60,790 nucleotides of DNA from a virus (taxonomy: Duplodnaviria > Caudoviricetes): positions 1 through 60,790 of IMG/VR virus record IMGVR_UViG_3300044984_001645; one strand, 5' to 3'. A program made the translations under genes and the position numbers. The stretch's first letter is position 1. Each line of letters opens with the position of its first letter. This document shows positions 50,610 to 57,005 of the stretch, piece by piece. The notes beneath the pieces were generated by a model. That model did no database searches. It worked only from the letters and a program-made list of their open reading frames with translations, and had not been told where the DNA came from.

Positions 50610-50960
50610 TTAAGCATTCGCCTTACGAGAGATTACCATTTGACCATTATCCAACCAATTAATTTGGATTTCAATTCCCAATTTCTCGGAAACACTTTCG
50701 GCACGATTTCGGTATCGCATTTTGTCGGCTTGGACTTTGGTTTGTTCCTGATTAAGGTTTACCGTAGCCTCACTCCAAATGAATGCGTCACCGATTTCGT
50801 TCGGGTCAAGTGACAAAATATCCGTTGCCAAAACTGGGTTTTCGTATGGAGGTTTTCCACGCTTAACCAATTTGGATTGGATTTCGGAAAGGTTAATTTT
50901 GACATTAACCTTTTTTGACGGGTCGCCTGCGTTATCGCTCGGCTTAGTGGTGTTACTCAC
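50610..50960 (-). CDS. Cassette 1 ORF: small protein, paralog of cassette 2 (leaderless GTG start)
   Basis: LVKRGKPPYENPVLATDILSLDP identical to ORF 51271; GTG 6 nt after the -10. Confidence 0.8.
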   Translation of the reverse strand: MSNTTKPSDNAGDPSKKVNVKINLSEIQSKLVKRGKPPYENPVLATDILSLDPNEIGDAFIWSEATVNLNQEQTKVQADKMRYRNRAESVSEKLGIEIQINWLDNGQMVISRKANA

Positions 50961-50966
50961 ATACAT

Positions 50967-50998
50967 ATAATACTCATGGCTTGAAACTATGTATTAAA
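50967..50998 (-). promoter_or_regulatory. Cassette promoter P1
   Basis: TTTAAT-acatagtttcaagccatgag-TATTAT. Confidence 0.75.
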
Positions 50999-51156
50999 TA
51001 ATGCCATATATTAGACCCTGAACGGCGGGCGCACGAGTTCTGCTGAAGCTCCCCGCACGCCCGCCATGATTTGAATAGTATTTTGAGACACTACGGGGTT
51101 CCTTACCATGATTTGGAAATGTGAGTGAAATTTTATTCATAGCTACACCGGTAGAA

Positions 51157-51195
51157 GCTGGCGTTCAAGTGCTTTAGCACGACCCGAACGCCAGC
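51157..51195. repeat. Inter-cassette hairpin H1b
   Basis: GCTGGCGTTC-AA-GTGC-TTTA-GCAC-GACCC-GAACGCCAGC; compensatory change relative to H0. Confidence 0.8.
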
Positions 51196-51205
51196 GATTT
51201 TGGAT

Positions 51206-51234
51206 AAAAAAAAAGCCCGCCCCGAAGGGCGAGC
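51206..51234 (-). terminator. Intrinsic terminator, cassette 2
   Basis: UUCG-loop stem plus U9 on - strand. Confidence 0.8.
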
Positions 51235-51270
51235 CATAAAAAGCCTTCCGACTTTTTTATTGGGGGGATA

Positions 51271-51615
51271 TTATTGAGGTGAGCCGAGCGAGATAATCAT
51301 CTGCCCGTCATCTTGCCAGTTGATAGCGATAACGATACCGCACTTCTCAGCAACGCTGAGGGCACGATTACGGTACTTCATCTTCTCTGCCTGAACCTTG
51401 TCCTGTGGCGCTGTGAGGTTCACAGTCGCTTCTGACCAGTAGAAGGCATCGCCCTCAACTGTTGGGTCAAGTGAGAGAATATCAGTCGCTAGGACTGGGT
51501 TCTCATAGGGGGGCTTGCCTCGCTTGACGAGATTAGCCTTTATGCTATTTAGGTTCACCTTTTTATTGGTGCTGGTTGTCGGTTCCGCTTTGCGGTCACC
51601 TGTGCTTGTTGCCAT
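51271..51615 (-). CDS. Cassette 2 ORF: small protein, paralog of cassette 1 (leaderless ATG)
   Basis: Strong similarity to ORF 50610; ATG 6 nt after the -10. Confidence 0.82.
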   Translation of the reverse strand: MATSTGDRKAEPTTSTNKKVNLNSIKANLVKRGKPPYENPVLATDILSLDPTVEGDAFYWSEATVNLTAPQDKVQAEKMKYRNRALSVAEKCGIVIAINWQDDGQMIISLGSPQ

Positions 51616-51621
51616 ATAGAT

Positions 51622-51653
51622 ATAATACTGATGCCTTCCGAATATGTATTCAA
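51622..51653 (-). promoter_or_regulatory. Cassette promoter P2
   Basis: TTGAAT-acatattcggaaggcatcag-TATTAT. Confidence 0.8.
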
Positions 51654-51790
51654 TATGGGAATATATTAGACCCAGTTTGGCTGGTGCTTAAGTGAGCTGA
51701 AGCTCCCCCGCACACCAGACATTTCCGGGATCATGAGACCATGTACTCAATTTCGTCATAAAGGCTTTCCATGTAGGAGTGGTGTTAGGC

Positions 51791-51827
51791 AAAAAAAAAG
51801 GAGGAGGTCTTGCGACCCCCTCCCTTT
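51791..51827 (-). terminator. Intrinsic terminator, cassette 3
   Basis: GCAA-loop stem plus U9 on - strand. Confidence 0.8.
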
Positions 51828-51839
51828 CGGAGTGTGTGC

Positions 51840-52235
51840 CTAGGCTATGGCTAGGAACTCAACGATTGCCTGTGAGTAAAGGTGACCCTCTACCTTCATG
51901 TGTTCGCCTAGCAATGCTTCGGCATCTCTCACTGCTGGTAGCAATGTCTCCTGAATGGTGAACAATGTCTCGTAGTAGGTAGCCTTCGTGACTGTCTCGC
52001 TATCGTCACGGGTCACTGTCGTGATGACCGTCTGAGTAGCGTCTAGGAGTGTGTCTCCTACTGTTCGGGCTTGTTCTAGGAAGAACATATAATTGTCTCC
52101 TGAGTCGTGGTCAGATTGAATCATGACCTTAATGAATGCCTTAGTGAATATCTCCACGAAGGTGTTGAGTGTGCTAGAGAACACATTCAGACTAAGTATC
52201 TGAACTGGCTCGCAGGGTTCAAGTAGTGGTTCCAA
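51840..52235 (-). CDS. Cassette 3 ORF: hypothetical protein
   Basis: RBS GAAAGG then TTG at 52235. Confidence 0.7.
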   Translation of the reverse strand: MEPLLEPCEPVQILSLNVFSSTLNTFVEIFTKAFIKVMIQSDHDSGDNYMFFLEQARTVGDTLLDATQTVITTVTRDDSETVTKATYYETLFTIQETLLPAVRDAEALLGEHMKVEGHLYSQAIVEFLAIA

Positions 52236-52279
52236 TGTTACCTTTCCGCAGTTCGTTAGTTCACTGCTTCCATACATAC

Positions 52280-52311
52280 ATAATACATATGCCTTTAGAA
52301 TATGTATTTAA
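52280..52311 (-). promoter_or_regulatory. Cassette promoter P3
   Basis: TTAAAT-acatattctaaaggcatatg-TATTAT. Confidence 0.75.
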
Positions 52312-52390
52312 TTTGGGAATATATCCATACGCTGTTCGTTTGGTGTGAAAGGGGACTTAAGATCCCCTGCACTCCAACGATTTCATAGGC

Positions 52391-52424
52391 AAAGAAAAAG
52401 GGCAGGTACCGAAGTACCTGCCCT
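52391..52424 (-). terminator. Intrinsic terminator, cassette 4
   Basis: GGGCAGGTAC-UUCG-GTACCTGCCC plus U tract. Confidence 0.85.
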
Positions 52425-52438
52425 CATCTTGGGGGTTG

Positions 52439-52744
52439 TTACAGATGACCGTAACGATGACCCTTCTCACGCTCGGGTTCATTGTAATGACGGACTGGCA
52501 AGATAACCCGAGGCTCATTCTTATGTTCAGTATGACCCTCAAGGCATTGCTGGCACTCACACACGATTGTGTAGCGTGTGTACATCTCCAACTGGCGGAG
52601 TGTGAAGTATGTCTGGTCTTCAAAGTCCTTCCAGCCGAGTATCTTCATGATACGCAAGGCATGGCTAAGTCCCCTCTTATCTATGACACGCATTTGCCAG
52701 TAGGTATCCCAACCATCGGGCAATTGCTGATACATCATTCTCAT
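52439..52744 (-). CDS. Cassette 4 ORF: hypothetical protein (CECQQC)
   Basis: RBS GAAAGGA. Confidence 0.72.
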   Translation of the reverse strand: MRMMYQQLPDGWDTYWQMRVIDKRGLSHALRIMKILGWKDFEDQTYFTLRQLEMYTRYTIVCECQQCLEGHTEHKNEPRVILPVRHYNEPEREKGHRYGHL

Positions 52745-52791
52745 GTGTTCCTTTCATTGTGGGCTACTTGGGTTTCACCCTCACTAACAAT

Positions 52792-52823
52792 ATAATACCC
52801 ATGCCTTTGGAATATGTATTCAA
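52792..52823 (-). promoter_or_regulatory. Cassette promoter P4
   Basis: TTGAAT-acatattccaaaggcatggg-TATTAT. Confidence 0.8.
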
Positions 52824-52901
52824 TATGAGAGTATCCCTACACCGTGTTCGTTTGGTGTAAAAGGGGGCTAAACCCCCCTCGTGCACCAACGAAATCAGGG
52901 C

Positions 52902-52935
52902 AAACAAAAAGGGCAGGTACCGAAGTACCTGCCCT
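52902..52935 (-). terminator. Intrinsic terminator, cassette 5
   Basis: Stem-loop identical to the cassette 4 terminator. Confidence 0.85.
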
Positions 52936-52948
52936 GATTGCTGGGGGT

Positions 52949-53164
52949 CTAACCGTAGATTTCTTCAATCAACGAATCGTATGTGTTGTTTGCGATGAGA
53001 ATGTATGTCTCAAACAGTACCCAGTGAGTCTGGTTCTTCATCGCCTCAAGGAACTTGAAGAACAACTCTTCATAGTCCCCGATGGCTAGGGTGCTCTGGA
53101 GAGTTGTAAGAAGTTCTGTGTACCTCTTATCGACTTGTTCTTTCATGTCTGTCGTTATTTCCAT
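52949..53164 (-). CDS. Cassette 5 ORF: acidic hypothetical protein
   Basis: RBS GAAAGG. Confidence 0.72.
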   Translation of the reverse strand: MEITTDMKEQVDKRYTELLTTLQSTLAIGDYEELFFKFLEAMKNQTHWVLFETYILIANNTYDSLIEEIYG

Positions 53165-53208
53165 TATTACCTTTCGGATAGTTACTTGGGTTTCACTACC
53201 ACATCTAT

Positions 53209-53240
53209 ATCATACTGATGGCTTTAGAATATGTATTCAA
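53209..53240 (-). promoter_or_regulatory. Cassette promoter P5
   Basis: TTGAAT-acatattctaaagccatcag-TATGAT. Confidence 0.8.
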
Positions 53241-53331
53241 TTTGAGAATATACCCATATCATGTTCGTTTGGTGTGAAAGGGCTTAAGCTCACCCTCGCA
53301 CTCCAACGATTTCAGCTTCATAAATAAAGGC

Positions 53332-53363
53332 AAAAAAAAAGAGCCAGCCCGAAGGCTGACTCT
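53332..53363 (-). terminator. Intrinsic terminator, cassette 6
   Basis: UUCG-loop stem plus U9. Confidence 0.8.
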
Positions 53364-53383
53364 CTTTCTTGGGGGGTGTGTGA

Positions 53384-53659
53384 CTACACGAACTCAGGGT
53401 ACATGTAGTGTTTGTCAGGGTAGCACTTGTAGGCACCGTTCATCTTGAACCGAGGGTACCAGCAGATGCCCCATGTCTGCGCCCACTTCTGTGCGAGGTT
53501 GTGGGCTTGCTGTGCATTGACACATGGGATAGTCAGGATGTGACTGTCTGAGGAGTCTCCCGTAGGCGATGACATCACTATGACTACATGAAACTCATGA
53601 GCCTCAATGTGGTTAGGTGTCCCAGCGTAAACGCTAGGTGGTTGTGTTGAGTAGGACAT
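53384..53659 (-). CDS. Cassette 6 ORF: hypothetical protein (alternative in-frame leaderless start at 53701)
   Basis: RBS GAAAGG before ATG 53659; SSPTGDSSDSHI motif. Confidence 0.72.
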   Translation of the reverse strand: MSYSTQPPSVYAGTPNHIEAHEFHVVIVMSSPTGDSSDSHILTIPCVNAQQAHNLAQKWAQTWGICWYPRFKMNGAYKCYPDKHYMYPEFV

Positions 53660-53707
53660 GGTGCCTTTCCAGCCCGTCAGTTGTTCGGGGCTTGCTTCCA
53701 TGTCTAT

Positions 53708-53739
53708 ATAATACTGAAGGCTTAGATATATGTATTCAA
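53708..53739 (-). promoter_or_regulatory. Cassette promoter P6
   Basis: TTGAAT-acatatatctaagccttcag-TATTAT. Confidence 0.8.
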
Positions 53740-53763
53740 TGTGAGAATGTATAGACCCCTCAC

Positions 53764-53807
53764 ACGCTGGAGTTAAAGAAAGCTTAAGCTTTCCAGTACT
53801 CCAGCGT
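53764..53807. repeat. Inter-cassette hairpin H6
   Basis: ACGCTGGAGT-TAAA-GAAAGCTTAAGCTTTC-CAGT-ACTCCAGCGT. Confidence 0.85.
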
Positions 53808-53822
53808 TTTCATTAGGGGCAC

Positions 53823-53848
53823 AAAAAAGGCACCCCCGAAGGGGTGCC
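53823..53848 (-). terminator. Intrinsic terminator, cassette 7
   Basis: GGCACCCC-UUCG-GGGGTGCC plus U6. Confidence 0.8.
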
Positions 53849-53862
53849 CATTTGTTTGCGTT

Positions 53863-54135
53863 CTATCTCTTTTCGTATTTGTCGGAGAAGTGAAGTCCAA
53901 GCCCTACGAATAAGCCTAACGAACCTACGCTACACACTACCCATAGGATAGCCGACCAGTTGGAAGTGGTGTCCATACCTTGAAGGTACCATGTAGGTGC
54001 TAGTGCACTTGTCGGAGCAAGTACCATACAGATAGTGCTCATCAAGCCTAACTCTGTGAAGGAAAGGAATAAGGCGACTAGGGCAGTTCCTAGAACGAAG
54101 GCGGATATTACAGCGAGCACGATATATGTCATCAT
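53863..54135 (-). CDS. Cassette 7 ORF: small membrane protein (about 3 TM segments)
   Basis: RBS GAAAGG; three hydrophobic stretches. Confidence 0.75.
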   Translation of the reverse strand: MMTYIVLAVISAFVLGTALVALFLSFTELGLMSTICMVLAPTSALAPTWYLQGMDTTSNWSAILWVVCSVGSLGLFVGLGLHFSDKYEKR

Positions 54136-54181
54136 GATTGCCTTTCTACGAAAGTTACTTGGGGTTCACTTCCATATCTAT

Positions 54182-54213
54182 ATAGTACCTATGGCTTGAA
54201 TATATGTATTCAA
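54182..54213 (-). promoter_or_regulatory. Cassette promoter P7
   Basis: TTGAAT-acatatattcaagccatagg-TACTAT. Confidence 0.8.
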
Positions 54214-54451
54214 TAAATGAAATATATGAGTCCCTACACTGCGGGCGTAAAGCGTAAGCTTAAGCTGTGCACACCCGCCATTGACTCACCAAACAGAGGA
54301 AAACGAAAAACAAAAAAAAGACGCAGTAGCATGCTACGAATATATACTCAAATTTTCTAAAAAACGGGGTCGGCTGCAAGTGCCGGGTTTTGGTTTAGAA
54401 AACGGGGGAGATGGGGGTTGAATGGGGATTGCTGCTAGAGCGGAGCTGCTG

Positions 54452-54524
54452 CTCCCAGAGTAGGGCTTGAACCTACGACACACGGATTAACAGTCCGTTG
54501 CTCTGCCAACTGAGCTATCTGGGA
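54452..54524 (-). tRNA. tRNA-Asn(GTT)
   Basis: TCCCAGA acceptor, AGCTCAGTTGGCAGAGC D-arm, ACGGA-CTGTTAA-TCCGT, GTAGG-TTCAAGC-CCTAC. Confidence 0.93.
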
Positions 54525-54564
54525 TAGAAGTATTATCTAAAGTTTGGGGGATAAAGTTCGGAAC

Positions 54565-55335
54565 TCAATTTGTATTCACTTCTACATTTATCTTCAGAAT
54601 CTTATTGGAGGAATGTTGAGCTACATTGTCTTGTCCTATGTTAGTGATTTCATAACCTAGAGACTCAACATAGGAGAGCAGCTCTTGTCTCCGGGGTTCA
54701 AACCATTCCTTGTTCGCCCACGCTTCAAAGAGAATAGGTGGGAACCCATTTCGCTCAATAGTATTTTTTGCACCCACGAGAACTGCGAGTTCCAATCCTT
54801 CTACATCGATTTTGATGAGCTTGATATCGTTCATTTCAAGTGAGTCCAATGTTTGAACACTAATTAATTCCGTGTTACCACCGGTGGTGCACTCATAGTC
54901 GTTCTGGCGCACCTCGTCATCAAGGCTAAAGGCTCCAATATTCAATTCTGTGGAATAGTCCGGTAACTGAATATAAAATGAATCTGGCTCGTATGACAAG
55001 CCGAAGTTCTTGGCGAACACATTGTCACACCTGTTAAGCAAGATGTTGGAGCAAAGCTGATAAAACACAATTCTTTGCGGTTCAAAGGCGTGGAATGTAA
55101 AGTGGGGGTATCTCTTTGCCAATGGCACACAAAAGCTGCCTACATTTGATCCAATGTCTAATACATTACCAATCTGGTTGATCCTCGCATAATGGTCTAA
55201 AAACATTGAGGCAATATAGAGAACATGTGGTTCATGCCCAAGTTGACTCTTTAAAGCATCTGAAACAATATCATCCTTGTCAAAGAGGAAGAAGCGACAA
55301 TCGCCTCCGTCATATACTGAAGATGATGGGATCAT
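54565..55335 (-). CDS. FkbM-family methyltransferase
   Basis: VLDIGSNVG, HAFEPQ, IKIDVEGLELAVLVGA. Confidence 0.9.
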   Translation of the reverse strand: MIPSSSVYDGGDCRFFLFDKDDIVSDALKSQLGHEPHVLYIASMFLDHYARINQIGNVLDIGSNVGSFCVPLAKRYPHFTFHAFEPQRIVFYQLCSNILLNRCDNVFAKNFGLSYEPDSFYIQLPDYSTELNIGAFSLDDEVRQNDYECTTGGNTELISVQTLDSLEMNDIKLIKIDVEGLELAVLVGAKNTIERNGFPPILFEAWANKEWFEPRRQELLSYVESLGYEITNIGQDNVAQHSSNKILKINVEVNTN

Positions 55336-55346
55336 AAAGACCTTTC

Positions 55347-55565
55347 TTATTCATTATCTCTATTATACCAATGCGATTCACGATATCTCTTCGTGCCGTT
55401 GATATTTGATATTGTTTGCGCAATCTTGCGATGCCGGCGATTCCGTGACCACAAGCTATTGCTAAACCATGAGGAAACAGCCACATACCCGGCATAACCC
55501 ATGCACAATACTGCAAACCACCTTGTTATCAGTACATAGTATCTTTCGGGTGCCACCTTGGTCAT
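55347..55565 (-). CDS. Small membrane protein
   Basis: One hydrophobic segment; coupled to the oxygenase gene. Confidence 0.5.
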   Translation of the reverse strand: MTKVAPERYYVLITRWFAVLCMGYAGYVAVSSWFSNSLWSRNRRHRKIAQTISNINGTKRYRESHWYNRDNE

Positions 55566-56125
55566 GCCGGTCCCTCATCTGGGAGGAAGTTTATGTTTAT
55601 TGCAAATCTAAAAGGACTCAATACCGGATTACTTCCCGCATGGAGGATCTGTCCATCAAACACAACCGCCGTTCCCTTTTTGGGGTCTACTTCTTTTATA
55701 ACATTTAGGTCATCATCATAGAAGTATGTAGGACCGTCTGAGTCGTTCACATAGTACAGACAGACAAGGTGTGGAACCAAACTGCCATCCTCTAGTTTTA
55801 AATCAGTGTGTGGTGTCTGAGGGCTGCACCGAGATGGGTTTGGCATCGTGACATTGACCTTTGCTCGATACAACCGGATGTCTCCATGCTTATCCTGAAT
55901 AGAATTGATTATTGGCAATACAACAGGAAGATTCGGGGACTGTTTTTCTTCCCCCATCATAAAGAGATGATTGGTTAGTTGTTTACCGGAAGAGGATGAG
56001 CTGCCAGTTTCTAATGGATCGTTATGAATATTTTGAAAACGGTAAGGGAATGCGTTGCTAGAGACAAACTCTTCAATTAGGTTTTGATCCTTAAGTGGTA
56101 TGAAGTTTTCAAAAATATCTATCAT
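55562..56125 (-). CDS. 2OG-Fe(II) oxygenase
   Basis: PHTD, LYYVNDSDGPT, FDGQILHAG, RFAININF. Confidence 0.88.
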   Translation of the reverse strand: MIDIFENFIPLKDQNLIEEFVSSNAFPYRFQNIHNDPLETGSSSSSGKQLTNHLFMMGEEKQSPNLPVVLPIINSIQDKHGDIRLYRAKVNVTMPNPSRCSPQTPHTDLKLEDGSLVPHLVCLYYVNDSDGPTYFYDDDLNVIKEVDPKKGTAVVFDGQILHAGSNPVLSPFRFAININFLPDEGPA

Positions 56126-56277
56126 TAGTAACGCTGATTCCGCTCAAGCCTAGATATCTCGCATTCTTGATTGATGATGGTGGACATCATTCCTTCAACC
56201 TTTTCTTTTAGCTTCAGATTCTCTTCTTCAAACATGGCACATCTATCAATCCACCATTTAATTGTCACTCTGTCCAT
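56125..56277 (-). CDS. Small coiled-coil protein
   Basis: MDRVTIKWW start; heptad pattern. Confidence 0.5.
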   Translation of the reverse strand: MDRVTIKWWIDRCAMFEEENLKLKEKVEGMMSTIINQECEISRLERNQRY

Positions 56278-56284
56278 TTGAGGA

Positions 56285-56692
56285 TCACTTTCCACTCTTA
56301 ACTCTTCTTTTCTGGAGTAGGTCAAAGTCTTTAATCTTCGTTTCCCCCATGTACTCCCAAGCAAAGCCATCTTTAATTAGCTGTTCGTTAACAGAAGTCG
56401 GTTGGTCATCAATAAAGATCCATCCGAGAATTCTTCCGTACTTCTCAGTGGAGTCGGGTTTCTCTGTTCTGATAACAATCTTGGTTGCAGCTTTTAGGAT
56501 TTCATCCAATCTTTTCTTTGATTCAAGACCAAGAACTTTTTCACTCTTGTCTGTAGTTCTAGATTCCGGTGTGTCAATACCGGCAAGCCTAACTCTTTGG
56601 TAATAAGAGATATTGAACCCAAGATCAATATCAACATCGATGGTATCCCCATCAACTACTTTGTATAATTTTTTTACGACATATTCGTACAT
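56285..56692 (-). CDS. Staphylococcal nuclease (thermonuclease) homolog
   Basis: KVVDGDTID...RVRLAGIDTPE...KYGRILG. Confidence 0.92.
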   Translation of the reverse strand: MYEYVVKKLYKVVDGDTIDVDIDLGFNISYYQRVRLAGIDTPESRTTDKSEKVLGLESKKRLDEILKAATKIVIRTEKPDSTEKYGRILGWIFIDDQPTSVNEQLIKDGFAWEYMGETKIKDFDLLQKRRVKSGK

Positions 56693-56711
56693 ATATTTTC
56701 CTTTCAAATAG

Positions 56712-56816
56712 CAAAAACCCCGGCTATTTACTTTCGCAGGGATAGTTCCGGGGCTTTCATTGTACTATAACGGTCCCAAGGTAGCCTGCACTTGCGCAAC
56801 AGACACAAAGGGTGTC
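56712..56816 (-). ncRNA. Candidate ~105 nt structured ncRNA
   Basis: TATAAT 6 nt upstream, several stems with GCAA and GAAA tetraloops, final stem plus U5, no ORF. Confidence 0.5.
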
Positions 56817-56830
56817 ACATACATTATACA

Positions 56831-57004
56831 CTATCTGCTATTTTTGTAAAATCCACTTCCCTTTAATTGCATCAAAGGAGCTGAGTAGACTTGTTTTAAT
56901 TCCCCATTGCAGTATTCACAATGTGTCTTCTTTTGGTTTTCTTTTATTGAACGAATCTCTGTATAGAGATGATCATTCTCACACTTGTAATCGTAAATTG
57001 CCAT
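56831..57004 (-). CDS. FmdB-family zinc-ribbon protein
   Basis: MAIYDYKC..DH...CEYC...LKGSGFY. Confidence 0.88.
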   Translation of the reverse strand: MAIYDYKCENDHLYTEIRSIKENQKKTHCEYCNGELKQVYSAPLMQLKGSGFYKNSR

Positions 57005-57005
57005 G

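Larger units (their letters stand above)
50371..54278 (-). repeat. Array of repeated promoter-ORF-terminator-hairpin cassettes
   Basis: 7 promoters, 7 ORFs, 7 terminators and 10 GCTNNAGC-centred hairpins in fixed order. Confidence 0.9.

Noticed and set aside
52436-53327. + strand ORFs 52436-52795, 52844-53089 and 53082-53327
   Set aside because: Antisense shadows crossing cassette promoters and terminators; the signals all support the - strand genes
50371-54278. CRISPR array
   Set aside because: Repeats are degenerate and separated by 130-660 bp, mostly containing expressed genes; no constant-length spacers or cas operon
50371-54278. Classical integron attC array
   Set aside because: Hairpins lack the RYYYAAC...GTTRRRY arrangement, cassettes have their own promoters and terminators, and no IntI is in the window
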